Shown here: piece after piece, positions 1-13,967 of the stretch | Position numbering within the stretch: the stretch's first letter is position 1 | How the letters are laid out: the number at the start of each line of letters is the position of its first letter | Source: Perna viridis | Taxonomy: Eukaryota | NCBI GenBank assembly: GCA_037379345.1 | Contig: CM074513.1 | Location: forward strand, 50,013,195-50,077,194 | Length of the DNA stretch: 64,000 bases | Reading direction: 5' to 3' | Translations under genes and position numbers: made by a program | The notes under the pieces: generated by a model | Databases searched by the model: none | Told to the model about the DNA's origin: nothing | The model's input: only the letters and a program-made list of their open reading frames with translations

Positions 1-3000
1 GAAGTGTAGAGAGCGTACAGATATTTCATAGCAAGACACTACATGAGGGGGGTTTAAGTTCCAACACAGAGTTGGATTCCAGAAAAACTTTGCATGAAGT
101 GTATCTTGAGACAATTAGATCAGAAGTTTCCAACCTCGTTAAGAAAAAGACCACTTAATTCCATGGTAAAAAAAACTCAGAATGAAATAAAATACTTCAG
201 TTGGGATATGAAATAGCGGACTTAAAAGAAAACTTTCCTGCCTAGAATAATGCTCTAATTGGAGCACTAACATCTAAATACTCAAGAATATTTAGTGGAT
301 TGTCAACTAGATAGGGTGTGACTGTCATACAAACTGTTGGTACCCTGATATCGATCATTATGTATCAACTGCAGCCGCGGAGAATGAGTGACCTTCAAGA
401 ACTTAACCATGCAGATGTGGATGGTAGGCTATAAAAGAGAGGTAAGATGGATTGACTGACCATGATATACATGTATATGCGTAGTATGCTTCGACTCTCT
501 CTGCTGTATACATTTATATGTATTGATCAACATACATATCGTTTTTAGAATCTTCATTATACACATGATTGTTTTTAATTCACTTTTTTTTTCATTGCAG
601 TACATATACTTTGTTTTCTTTTTTCTAGGTATTTGCAAAATTCAGTAACCTTACAATTGGCACTGGAATCAAAGGTGTGACAGCATCTATTGACAGAACT
701 CATCGAAATTTTGACCAAGAAGTAAAAATCATGGAAGACAAGAGTAGCAGATTACCTGCTATTACCATCAGATATATCAACTTCAGCTACAGTATCTTAT
801 GGTAAGAGCCAAGAAATCAGTAAATGTAAGTTGATTATGCTTCATCTTCATTGCGCATGTCTTATGAAGAATTATCTGACATTTTACCGATCCAACCGAC
901 TGAACCGGAAATACAGAATGAAACTGCAAGAAACAAAACTTCTGAATTATCCAGTAAAATAGACCACAAAGGTATGCCACATGTAGCATGTAGAATACCA
1001 TTATCAGTATACCTCAAGTTTTGAAACGTTGCATAATCATTAAAAAATGAATTTAATAGTACATACTTTACATATATTTCTGACAGGTCCATGAAAACTC
1101 AATGAAAAGTACTGTTTATAAAATTTCCACATTTGGTAAATTTCAGAAGTCTATCATATTAGTAATACCTGTACTTGTAGTTATTGAAAGGGCATCTGCC
1201 TAATTTTTATTAATAATCAAAGGCAGATAATTTAACGCAAATGAAGAATATTTTCATTAAGGTTGCATGCCCCAAAATTGTACCATCACTTAAACTGAAC
1301 CAGAAAAAAATGATGTATAATTCATGTAAATTGCTATTCTCCATTTGCTTTGACAATGTAAATCAAAAACCAACTATAAAACACCAGACCAGAGACCGAA
1401 AAAAAACCAAAACAAAATGTATATATGGTGCCAGCTTATGCAGCTTTTGACAGAGTTTCGAGCTGGTACTTAAGGATGCAATGAAGATATAAACTAAGTT
1501 CCTTTGGAGACCTTTCTGCCATCACCAATTGATGAAATAGACCTTCGATCAGAGATTACCACAATTGTACAGAGGATATTACGTACACGTCTCACAGCGT
1601 TTAGTGAACTTCAAGTCTGATATTAGTTGGCAATTCCAGCATTAATACAATACAGAGTCATTAAAGTGATGAGTATGTGTTATAAGATGAATATCTCCAT
1701 AATAATTTTTTATCTGTACCAGTAACCTTGAAAAACCTATATGTACAACATCAATATACTACTTGATTGAATCAATGAGTAATGCAATTATGATTGGGAA
1801 CTGTGGACTTTGGGTTCCCGATGTCTGTCTGATTGAAATTTCTTTCAAAAGGGGGGGGGTAAATATTGTGGCTACCTTAGTGGATACAACTTGCATTTAT
1901 ACTTATTTAAGAGAACAAATGATTAAACTGACTTATACTATAATAAATGTAATTATACTTGCAAACTATTTAAACAGCATTAATGTACATGATATTTTAT
2001 TAATACCATTTTATAACCTCGGCAGATTCCTATTGGAATTATTGACAAAGATGAAAGTAGGATTGCAGATATGATAACCATAATGGAGAAGTACTACAAT
2101 TATGATCCTGTAAAGCCTACAGGAGAACTTCTTGTCCGTTCTCTGCATGCCGATGGGCTCAGCCGTGAACGTGAAAATGACTCACAGAAGGCCCGAATTA
2201 ATACAGCTAGTCCAACTACAAGGCTTTTCCGTGAATATCTAAGAATGGCATAAACGCTGTCTATTACAGGTACATTTTAATAGCCACAATGATGTTGGGC
2301 ATAAATGTGGGTTTTGCTCACAATAGTTCTAGCTTTAAGTGATTTTAACTATGTTGTCAATTTTAGGATATCTTTAATGAATTGTACATAGGCTTCAGTG
2401 ACAGAGAAAGGGGAACTTTATTTCATTTGAAGAATTATTTCAATCATCGGAATGTAACAAGTAATGTGAAGGAAAGCTTTAACTATGGGGAGGAATTCAT
2501 AGAATTTTGTCAACAAGGCTACATATTATTACTTGCCTCACACTGTACGGAAACTGTATCATTACAACAAGCAAGAATAAATCCGGTATATGGGAAGGAG
2601 GATCGCAACAGAGGTTATGGATGAAATATTCATATCATCACAGGATATAGTGGAAAAAATACTGGTTGTTGAAGTAGAGGTAGAATCCATGCCTGTGTAT
2701 CCGTTTTGCATTTGTAAGACAAAGGTGCCTGGGTCTGACATGGTCTATTGTGATAAAAAAGATTGTCGAAGAGGTGTTTGGTTCCGTTTAGACAGCATGG
2801 ATATGGAAATTAATGATGTACTTAGTGATTCGTGTAATGTTAATACAAGTAAAAAAGAAAAGAAAGCAGAAGAAAATGACGACTGCAGAGTTGGTTCCTG
2901 GTTGATGACAAGAGACACTATACTCTAAGATTGATTAGGTAGTGCTTGAACCAGATGGTTCGTAAAGATGCGATAAGAGAAAACGATGGCAAGCGGAAGT

Positions 3001-3150
3001 TTTACATGTTACAGTTTTATGAAAGGCATCACTCGAAGTATTTACTCATCGGTCAACTTTAAAACACACATTGATGTGGAATAGAACAGTTAACCCAAAT
3101 GGAGGCAGAGGAAAAACATTGCCATGGACTTGCAGATGGAATTCTTTTAC
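1..3150 (+). pseudogene. Disabled, intron-containing DUF6589-like gene (putative transposase-related family) with an internal PHD finger; begins before the window
   Basis: Colinear motifs across several frames: FSICFDNVNQKPTIKHQTRDRK (~1335), LHADGLSRERENDSQKARINTASPTTRL (~2143), GTLFHLKNYFNHRNVTSNVKESFN (~2412), PHD-like FCICKTKVPGSDMVYCDKKDCRRGVWF (~2704), KDAIRENDGKR (~2964), MWNRTVNPNGGRGK/NIAMDLQME (~3074). Frameshifts and stops are present, plus apparent GT-AG introns (e.g. ~424-628). The family name is from recalled motifs, not an HMM search. Confidence 0.65.
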
Positions 3151-4957
3151 AAATATATATATAAAGTTAGTTTTATTTTAACTATGCATAATAGAAACTG
3201 AATAATTAATATTCTGGATGTTTCAACACACAGATATTGAATTACATTACGTCATTACAATTATGATTTGAATTATTCAGTACATGCTTGTAGACCTGAT
3301 AATATTCTAGTACTTAATACAACCAAAATTTAGAACTCTTTTTCAATGCATTTGAATTCAATATTCAGTATCTAAAAGGATTTACTTCTACAATTTACAT
3401 TTTTCAGAGAGTGTGAAAGATGCCGGTGGAAATTTTGTTATTGACTACAATGGATACGAGTACACATACTTTTGTTATGATGTTTCACAAGTGACATAAA
3501 CGATGTAATAGTATTTTATTGTCTATGGTTGTCCATTTTCGATTCTGTTTTGTTGATCTGCTTTAATATACTTACATTGTTATACGATTTTTTAAATGTT
3601 TGTGAAAATGTAATTTTGACAGAAATCATTTTGAATACAGGTCTTTTTGAGCCCTCTGTGTGAGTATGTGTGAAAAAGGGAAGAGAGATGTCAATGAGAG
3701 TAAAAATTTGATGGGTACCAGATGTGTGTTCAGGGTTTTAATGTTTTAATGAATGTGCCTTATAAATAAATGAACGTGAAAGTATTTTCCTTTTTCTTAT
3801 GAATCGAATGTTAATAACAAGTTCAAAGTCTCTTCTGATATACTGTTCATCAATCTGTAAAATAGATGTAACGTGAATAATTCTGAATCAGTCGAAGGGA
3901 CTCAGACAGCACACAATAGTAACATGTACAGTACAGAAAAAAGACAAACGTGTACCGTAACTAATCACCAACACAGAGGTGAGCCACTATTAAAGTGGCA
4001 ATAAAAAACCATGTTTGTCTTTTAAGATGTTATCATATGTTTTTGGTATTGACAAGGGTAGGGCTAACCCCTATGAATAATAAAAAAACAGCAAGAATTT
4101 CCTACTAAAAAGTTCTTTGGTGTCACTGTAAGATTGATTCACCATGATGTCGGTGTTCAGTCATGGTATGTCTTTTTCGGTACTGTAGATAACAAAAATT
4201 ACCCAGTGGTGAAACATGAGTCACACACAATGGAAATCATACAGAATTGGTGTTCCTGCAGTATACCAAGTTCCAGGAAATCGGTCTAGTTGTTTAAGAA
4301 CATATGTCCTCATTTTGTCAAAATATCATAACTCAAAAATTTAGTGCAAAAAAAAAATCTATGTATTTTTGTTGCATAGAGGTAAGCCCATTTCAAGAAA
4401 TTTTCGTCAATAGTTCCATTAAGAAATAGCAACTACGAGTGAGGATAAAGCTTTGCATTGAAGGTGCATAACTACAACAAAAATCAGCAGATGAATATAA
4501 CTCCAGTGGATTTGGTGTATATTATCAAAAAGTCAATGACCAATTGGGATGAATACATAAGCCAAAGGCGACTTGTGGGTTTTCGATCAACATCAAAGAC
4601 AGTCTCACACCAAAAAAAAAACTGGCAAAAACATTACGAACAGGCCCAGAAAAATAGTCGCCTAAATGTACGTGTATTTTGACTGATCAGTATGGTAGGG
4701 CATATAAAAATACACATAATTCATTCAATAATTAGTTAGCATTTTTTCATTAACTGCTAGTTCTATCTTAAAACATGCAGAATAATCCTCAAAAGTCACT
4801 TCATAAAGCCCTTAAGTGGTTCTTGTTGTTTGCTGGCATATGTACATTGTGTCTGACAAAAAATGTAACACTAATATATCCCACAGTTGTATGACACCTA
4901 ACAGTCTCCACTACAATCTGATTTAGTTGTCCATCTCGTATATTTCAATACTGTCTA

Positions 4958-5019
4958 TGATTGTTTGTTTGTTGGGGTTTAACGTCCGAGCAGCAATATT
5001 TCAGCCATATTCAGACGAT
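4958..5019 (-). repeat. Probable SINE 3' tail remnant
   Basis: (TTGT)n tail followed by ggggtttaacgtc...caatatttcagccatat, resembling bivalve SINE 3' ends. Confidence 0.35.
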
Positions 5020-5568
5020 ACTGTCTATGAGAAATTCCTTCAATACTGCTGTTCTGAAGCATTTCCCTCCCTCAACAATTCCACGGAGTTGGTTCTTCTC
5101 CTCAAGCTTACAATAGCTTCTCTTGTAGGCATAGCATATAGCTTAACTTTGTCGCCCATGTTATCCCCATCGACCTATATCTTGCCGGTATCCGAGAACG
5201 CTTGCAGGAAGACCCCAATGAATGACAATGTCTACATCTCTGATGTTGATTCCCATACCAAAGGCAATAGTGGTTATTAAAACTTTTATGTTAACATTTT
5301 ATCTGTAAAGTCACTCATTATTCTGTCTTTGGGTTCAGAGCCTGTGTTTGCATGAAACATTTCAATTTTCCTGTTGTTGACTGGTGAACAGTTGTCAACA
5401 ACTGATCTCTTCATTAATGCTGTGATGATCTACATGTACATTCAATAACACACATTAATGGATTTCACATACACTATTGTCTTCTTTAAATTGTCTGTGT
5501 TCTATAAGTAGTCTAGCAGCCATGACAATTCTGTTTCATGATTAGTCCTATCACAACACCTCCAGTAC

Positions 5569-6813
5569 TGGTATTAATTGAATGTGGATCCTGAAAAATT
5601 CGAAAGATCTTTTTGAGACAATCAGTTCAAGACTATTATCTGAATATAATAGCATTAAAACTATGATTTTTCAACTGTGTACTTCTTTTACCATACTCAG
5701 TTAAAATCCCAACTTAAAAACATCATACATCGTTGTTTTTTTAAAAAAAGATGGTACACCCAGATACAAATATATAGTTCTTGTAGAGATTCCTCATACT
5801 TTGTAAGAAATAATTCCAAATCATCTTCCAAATATACAGAGGAAGATGTTTACAAAATGGTGGAATTTTTAATCGACAACATATTTGTCCAATGTGGTGG
5901 ACGTGTTTTTCAACAAACGGTCGGCATTCCAATGGAAACAAATTGTGCTCCTTTACTTGGTGACCTATTTCTTCACTCTTATGAGGCTGACTTTCTAGCT
6001 TATTTGATCAGAAAGAAAGAATTTCGTTTGGCTAGATCCTTCAATCTCAGTTTCCGCTATATAGATGACGTATTATCTTTAAACAATCCTAATTTCGGGG
6101 ATTTGATATATCGCATCTACATAAAAGAACTTGAGATAAAGGATACTACAGACACTGTGAAGTCAGCCTCATATCTTGACCTACAATTAGAAATCGATGG
6201 TAAAGGAAAACTATTGATCAAACTTTACGACAAACGTGATGACTTTTCATTCAGAATTGTCAACTTTCCTTTCATCTGTGGCAACATCCCTTCGGCTCCT
6301 GCGTATGAAGTGTTCATATCACAACTCATACGTTATGCCAGAGCTTGCCGAAACTACGCAGACTTTTTGTATCGCGCTAGAACTCTAACAAATAGGCTTC
6401 TGGTACAGGGTTATGTTGCTACAAAATTGAAGTCATCACTACAGAAGTTTTATGGTCGTCATCATGAACTCGTGGATCGTTATGATGTATCCATCAGCAC
6501 CATGAAAACTGATTTATTCAGCGGGCCATAGTTTACCTTTCCTCGTTTGTCTATCCCGGACTTGACTTTTTATGAGCAAGTCGGCGAGTGTTTCTAGAAA
6601 AGCAGAAGACGCTTACCCTACCGGTGCACCTGGTCCATGCTCCCAGTTTTTACTGGAGTCCGAGTTGCTCATTTGCTTTTGTTACTTTGTATGTATGATT
6701 TTAGTTACTGTATGTTCTTTATTGCGTATGTCTGTTTTCCATGTCTGGTCTTTGTCCCTGGATTACATTCTTTTGATTACCGCTATAACCTTGGTTCCCT
6801 TGATTACTCTTTC
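5569..6813 (+). mobile_element. Penelope-like element (Naiad type), 5'-truncated copy A: RT C-terminal half plus 3' UTR
   Basis: ORF 5677-6531 has PLE RT motifs QQTVGIPMETNCAPLL, FRYIDDVL, YDKRDDF and KFYGRHHELVDRY, with no C-terminal GIY-YIG. Near-identical to the reverse complement of 21679-22940. Confidence 0.9.
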
Positions 6814-7503
6814 TGTACATTGCTGTATGTCCAGAAATATGCTAGGCCTAAAAAGGAAAACAGTTTAGAAATGATTCAGAAAAAAAAATATCTTGAACAT
6901 ATCATATGAAAAACAAGCCCTCCATTCTATTAGCAAAGTAGTATGGAAAGGTATAAAAAAGCAAAAGCATAATCAATAATAAAACAATGATCTTGATTCA
7001 TTACAATTTCTCAGAAAATAATCAAGTTGCAAATTCTATGCAGAATGCATCTACATATGATAACTGACCATATATCTTATATTACTAAATGTTATTTCAG
7101 ATCTACTTGGTAGTCTTAATTTACTTTTTTCTTAAATTTGCATACATGTAACATTCAAAGTTTCTGTTTGTATTTTAGTCTGTAAATTGTGAAGTGAAAT
7201 TCGCCCTGTCTTATGGAAATGAAGTTCATTTTCATTGTGTAGACTTTTTATATAAATATTGACAATTATTAAAGGTATCTAGTATGTGTTTTTCCATGGA
7301 TGGATTTATATCACTACCTTTTACTATTGTGTCATCCGTAAGGGCTTTACAACTAATTTTCGGATCTGCAAAACTTGGTCCTTGATCAAAGATTTAACAT
7401 TTTGATATAATTAAGGCTGAATATTTTTGAACTGGTTCGAGCTGAAATATAATGTAGGAAACAACTAATTGCTACTATTCTGATCTAAAAAAATCTTTTG
7501 CAA

Positions 7504-10500
7504 TGGCGGACTATTCGGACGTGAGTTATGGGCTCCGAAAATTTTCTATGTATTTATAGTGTTTATGGGATTTACATGGCTATATAATAGTGTAGGACTG
7601 ATTTATATTGATTATGGATTGTAACAATATTTGGATTGAAGATACACAAAAGGTAGTTGAAGTTATTTACATTTAATCGGACTGTATTTTGTTTTCGTTG
7701 TCCAAAATGGCTGAACACAATTTAGTAAACAATAACACAAAGGATGACAATTGTAATACACCTGTTGGAAACTCGATAGAGAGTGCCCGTAGAGTTTTAT
7801 ATGACAATACACAATATAATGTACCATGTAACACTCCAGCATTAAACCAAATACCGATTCCACAACGTTTGATATTCTCTGATCAACCCTCCCCCCCAAA
7901 ATTTCAAAACAAACAGTCTACCATTAGAAGCAGTTCTAAGTGACATATATACGAAATTGAATAAAATTGATTCTATCCCTGCTCTTTTGGGTAACCTTGA
8001 AGCCTTGCCGTCTATAGACAGAAGACTCGGTGCAATTGAAAACCGATTTTCACATACTGAGACTGAAATACTGCAAGTAAAAAGTGACATAAAGTAATTA
8101 GAAAACAGGGCAGCAGGATCAGAAATAAACACTACAAATATTACACAAAGGCTGAATATGGTCGAGCGGCAACGAGACCAAATGAAGTATGAACATGACG
8201 AGTTGAGGGAACGGCTAGTTGATGTTCAATCTCGTTCAATGAGGGAAAATCTTTTGTTTGGGGGTGTTGAGGAGCACGAGAGCGAAAGAAATGATCCTGA
8301 CAACATCAACACTGAAAACGTATTACAAAAAATTATTAAAGAAAAACTGGGTATTGATGATGAAATCAGGTTTCATGTTGTGCACAGGCTCAGACCAAGA
8401 CGTGATCGTAAACCTCGTACCATTGTTGCGAAATTCGAAAGGCGTTAGGATAGAGACCGCGTTTTAAAAGCAGCCCCTGGTAAACTTAAAGACTCTCCAT
8501 ATAGTGTCTACGAGCAATTCACGAACGAAATTATGGAGAGACGGAATATTCTGTGGCCAGTGTTTAAAAGGGAACAAAGGATGGGGAAAAAAGTTAAGTT
8601 TAAAGAAGATAAACTTTATGTAAATGGTCAAAGAATTTATCCCGAGGATGTGCAGCAAATGCGAACACAAGGTCATCAGTACAGCAGGGATACATTTAAC
8701 GGTAGATGTGTGAACAATGAAAACATGCAAGCTCCTGTGACCATTTCCCAACACACCCGCAAAGTGGAGATGTTCAAAACGGTTCCACATAGGACAGGCC
8801 AACAAGGGGACAGTTTGTTTTTGATCAATCTTCTGACAATTTTAAAATCTCATGTCTAAATATTTGTAGTATAAAGAATAAATTGTTATTCAAAGAATTC
8901 AATGATATTTTGATATTTTAATAAATTATGACATTTTTATATGTACTGAATCAAAAATTGATAATTTAGATGTGTTGAATTTACCAGAAGGGTATAGTAG
9001 TTTTTCTAACTGTAGAAAACAATTTTCAAAAAAATCAGGAGGTATTACTGTTATTGTCAAAGAGAAGTTAAAAGATATACTTAATTTTCAAGATACTGAT
9101 TGTGAATTTGTGCTATGGGTTAACATTGAAAATATTATTAAACAAAAACATTTACTTTTGGGGTGCATTTATATTCCCCCCAGAAAACTCTAAATATTCT
9201 TCACAAGAGTCTTTTGACCAAATTGAAGCAGAACTTTTGTCATTAAAAACTGAAAGTACTGTTACAGCACTGATTGGTGATTTTAATGCCAGATCTAGTA
9301 CACTGGCTGATTATGTTGTACCTGATGACAATTTAATGAGGTTTTTGAATATTGATGAAATGAATGATGTGCATAACTATTTGTATGAATTTCAAAAGCT
9401 GCAAGAAAAGGGTATACCTGTGGATAGAAGTAGTGAAGATAGAGGTCGATGTAGTAATTATGGTTATAAAATGTTAAATTTTTGCAAAAATAATAGTATT
9501 TTATAGCAAATGATAGAATTTGTGATGATGCAGGTATAGGTAAAGTTACATGTAGTGAAACTAGCATTGTTGATTATCTTATTGTTTCGCCAGATTTATT
9601 TCCCTCTATAACAGAATTTCAAGTGGTAGATTTTGATCCATTGATCTCTGACGTTCATTGTCGATTACATGTCACATTTTCTATTTTGACAACAAATGAT
9701 TTGCATGACAAAGGTCCAACGGTGGGTGTTAGTAAACCTGTCCGTTGGATTAGTGACAGGAAAAATCAATTTGTTGACAGCGTTGAAAATAGCTTATTAT
9801 TACATGTAGATGAACTTACTGATCGGATTGATGAATTTGATGTAAACAGTATTTCGTTTCAAACCGATCTAGATACTTTTGTAGAAGATTTGAATAAATT
9901 GTACCTAGATTCAGCTGTAGATACGTTTGGTACTAAGACTGTTTATTCGAATACTCAAAGAAAAATTGATCAACCGTGGTTTGATGGTCAATGTCATGAA
10001 AAACGTAATGAATTTCACAAAGCGAAGAAAAAATATAATCGCTTGAAAAACGATGACAGTCGTCGAGGATTAAAATGCGCTGCGAAAGCATATAGAGTTC
10101 AAATGAATAAATATTATCAAGAGTACCAATTTAAGATCGAAAACGATTTGCGTGCCACGTCCGAATCAGAACCGAGAGAATTATGGAAAATACTTAACAA
10201 GATAAATAGATCAGCCGATAGTCAATCAAAGAAATATTGATGAGTTATATGAGTATTTTAAATATCTTAATATTGCCGCCGAAGATGTCGAATCCGATAA
10301 AGATTTCGACATTCCAGATTGTAATGATGATGTTATTAATGACATACTAAACGGCAATATTACAGAAGATGAGATTTTGAAAGCCGCAAAAGATATGAAA
10401 AACGGGAAAGCACCGGGATATGATATGATAGTGAATGAGTATATTAAGTCTTCGATACATTTATTTTTACCCTTGTATGTAAAGCTTTTCAACAAAATAC

Positions 10501-12450
10501 TAAATACCGGTGTTGTTCCTAAAATTTGGACTCTGGGAATCATTTTACCTATTTATAAAAACAAGGGTGATCCCCTGAATTCAGATTCATATAGAGGTAT
10601 AACCCTGGTATCGTCAATGGGCAAACTTTTTACTGCTGTTTTAAACAACAGATTGGCAAAATATGCTGATTTATTTGACGTTATTCCTGACGCACAAGCA
10701 GGCTTTAGGAAGGGATACTCAACTCTTGATAACATTTTCTGTTTGCATGTTTTGACTGAACTATATATGTCATTTGGTAAAAAATTATACTGTGCCTTTA
10801 TAGATTTTAAAAAGGTATTCGATACGGTATGGAGACTTGGGTTATGGCAAAAATTGGTACAAAAGGGTGTTACTGGTAAAATACTTAATGTGATTTATAG
10901 TATGTATAATAGCATTAAGTCATGTGTTAAGCAAGGGGGTGATATATCTGAATTTTTTTCGTGTGATCTTGGAGTAAGACAAGGCGAAAATTTATCGCCT
11001 TTCTTATTTTGTATTTTTCTCTCAGATTTGGAAGACTTTTTGAATGCCAATAATATTACAGGCCTTCAAAAAGTTTCAGAAAAATGCCAGGACCATCTAG
11101 GAGTCTTCATATCAATTTTTGTGTTACTTTATGCGGACGATACTATACTGTTAGCTCAATCTGCGGAAGATTTACAAATTTGTCTTAAAGTTTTTGAAGA
11201 TTTTTGTTCTCAATGGAAATTGTCAGTTAATACTGACAAATCAAAGGTATTGATATTTTCGAAAAGAAAAAATAGAAATGTATTCAATTTTGAATTATAT
11301 GGTTCAAATTTAGAAATAGTGAATTCTTATTCATATCTTGGTGTACTTGTTAATGATAATGGTAGATTTACATTAGCAAAAAAGAAACTAGTTGAACAAG
11401 CACAAAAAGCTCTGTTTGCTTTGTACAGAAAAATTAGAAATATTTCGATACCCATTGATCTGCAGCTTAAATTATTTGATTCATTGATTACACCGATTTT
11501 ATTATATTCATGTGAGATCTGGGGTTTTGAAAATATAGATATTATGGAAAAAGTTCAACTTTTCTTAAAAGAGTATTATCTATCAGGTCGAGTACACCCA
11601 ACTTTATGATATACGGTGAAACAGGTAGATTTTCTTTAGAGATTTTTATTAAGTTACGAATGTTGAATTTTTGGTCTAGACTACTGACAAATGAAACAAA
11701 ATTATCAAGTATTATGTATCAATTGTTGTATAATATGCATCAAACAGGCATGTGTAACTCAAAATGGGTCAATTATTTAAAGTCAATATTAGATGATACA
11801 GGTTTAAGCTATATATGGAATAGTCAATGTGTATTGAGTAGTTTTGATGTAAAAATATGTGTAAAAAAATATTTATGTGATCAGTTTATCCAAAAGTGGC
11901 ATAGTGACATTGACAACTCATCTAGAGGACAGTTTTATGCATTACTTAAAAATGATTTTTGTCGAGAAAAAATTTGTTAAAATTGAACAAAAACAGAAGA
12001 ATTTTTATAAGTAAAATAAGATGTTCAAATGTGAAATTTCCAATCGAGACTGGTCGTTGGAATGGTATTCCAAAAGAAAATCGTTTGTGTCATCTCTGTG
12101 AAACTGAATCCATTGGAAATGAATTCCATTATCTGTTTATTTGTCCACATGTAGAAATTAAACAGTTCAGAATTAAATACATACCCCAATATTTTATAAC
12201 GAATTCAACCTATGAAAAAATGAAAGGTATGCTTTCATTTTGCAATGTAAGAGTTTTGAATAATTTGGCCATTTTTATACGAAAAATAATTTCATACCTA
12301 TAAGGAAGATTGTTGTGAACAATATGTATGTACAGTTTACGTATTATATGTTTGTTTGAAGTTCGCCATTGTATTGTTTATGTATTATATATGTATGCCT
12401 CTTGTTACAGTGTAATCTGTCTAGAGTGAAATAAAAACTTGAAACTTGAT
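7504..12450 (+). mobile_element. Full-length but degenerate non-LTR retrotransposon, RTE-X-like (ORF1 plus APE-RT ORF2)
   Basis: ORF1 (~7707-8800) has a coiled coil and L1-ORF1p-like QSRSMRENLLFGG...VHRL...DKLYVNG. ORF2 has APE motifs (KKSGG, GCIYIPP, IGDFNAR, IVDY, SDVHC), RT motifs (YRGITL, AFIDFKKVFD, GVRQGENLSP, LLYADD ~11124) and C-terminal IETGRW..R.CxxC..EFHYLFIC. It ends in aataaa plus (aaacttg)2. Multiple stops and frameshifts. The clade call rests on the C-terminal motif and tail. Confidence 0.9.
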
Positions 12451-12944
12451 CATTAAAAAGTTTCCCAATAGTACCCCCCAAGTTAACACAGGGGCCACCA
12501 CAATTAAAAATTTTAGGGTGGGGCAAATCAATGCTCAAATACCCTGTGGTGAAATCTGTAACATGTCTGTACCTTTTAAACTGTATTTGATCCTTTTGCC
12601 TATCAGAATAATATTGCAATTCACAGTATGGTTTTCCTCACTTAATTAAACAATGAATAAATTGGGAATAGTTTTAGAATTGTCAATATTTTTAGACCTC
12701 TTTTAGTTATAGAAGAATCCCTCTTTTTCTCTGTGCATACAAAATAATCCACGCCATTCACAATCTTTACATGTACAGTATACACAAAACATATATCTCT
12801 GTTTCTGAACTTATAAAATGTTTCCCAATTCACAGTCACATATACATTTTGTACCAGTCGACCCCAATACTTCAAAAAACTTCAAATGGATAGTATAAGT
12901 GCACTATTTGCTGTTATAACACATAATTTCGTTTTTTTTTCTTT

Positions 12945-13006
12945 TCAACAACAACAAAAAAACAAAAACAAAAACAAACAAAAAAAAAAAAAAAAAAAAA
13001 GAAAAA
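12945..13006. repeat. A-rich low-complexity tract, (CAAAAA)n/poly-A
   Basis: Read directly from the sequence. Confidence 0.9.
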
Positions 13007-13475
13007 TCCCGACCCCAAGTACCTGTGCATACACCCACACTTCCATGACAAAACATGTATGTCATTTTTAATAATTCGTTGAAATTAAAAGAGATATCAT
13101 ACATGTAAACTAGCTGATATATTTGTAGAAATGTCTATATGACTTGTATGATAAATCATTAAGTATTTTGTAAGACAAATTATAGAAAATTGAAACTTAA
13201 CGATTTATAATATAATTTCGTTATCGGGACAGGGTTAAAATTTCTGCATGTACCGAAAAATAAGACTTAAAGTTTAAAAGATACGCAAGACATGCAGTTC
13301 CATGGCTTATATCATTAACAATTCTGTTGATCTAGATCTTGATATCAAATCTTTATATAATAAGTGAATATTAATCTGACGAAGCACAATGAAATTCCCT
13401 TTAAAAGTTTTTAATAGTGATAAAGTACTAATCATTTTGCAATGGGACAATATGTTTGCTCTGCCGACAGAAGAG

Positions 13476-13773
13476 ATTGATTGATAATCATTGATTAATT
13501 GATCATGGTTTTACGTCCTACGACAGATATTTTATGCATCCAGGACGAGAACGATTGACCGATCGAAAAGACCCATCTTTACACCTGTTCAACTCGCTAG
13601 CCGGATCTTTAATGTGCTAGCTCACAGAAGCAACAACCCGCAGATCGGCATGCCACCCCTCTCGAGCACATCATTCTGATTTCGAGCCACCCAGTCGCCG
13701 CTCTATCCCCTAAAAATCGAACCCAATATCCCCGCACTCGAAGCGAGCACGCTACCCTGAGACCACCGATGCG
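13476..13773 (-). mobile_element. tRNA-derived SINE (V-SINE-like body), internally deleted
   Basis: On the - strand the head cgcatcggtggtctcagggtagcgtgctcg...gggttcgatt has A and B boxes; body ctgcgggttgttgcttctgtgagctagcacattaaagatcc; (ATCA)n-like tail at ~13476-13505. Confidence 0.7.
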
Positions 13774-13967
13774 AATCAGCCAGAACAAAATTTGTCATAT
13801 GGCCTACATAAAAATATCGCTTAAAAACACGCAAAAGTATTATGCTAAACGGTGAAAATGCTTGTATTACTATTACTTGAATATCTTGTTCAAAAACAAA
13901 AATAATAATAAAGGTGTATAGGCCAATAAATGGTATCATTTATAAATTCATTGATGCATTGAATTAT

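Noticed and set aside
4927-5280. 117-aa hydrophobic ORF
   Set aside because: Overlaps a SINE-tail remnant and has no recognisable motifs; probably spurious.
5577-5590. In-frame TGA in Naiad copy A as a possible selenocysteine codon
   Set aside because: Copy C has TCA (Ser; INSMW) at this site, so it is a copy-specific nonsense change at a non-Cys position. Cys positions such as the CSC linker use TGT/TGC.
6572-6909. Recurrent small hydrophobic ORFs (MSKSASVSRK..., MLPVF.GVRVAHLLLL...) as a membrane-peptide family
   Set aside because: They are alternative frames of the T/G-rich Naiad 3' UTR and recur only because the repeat does.
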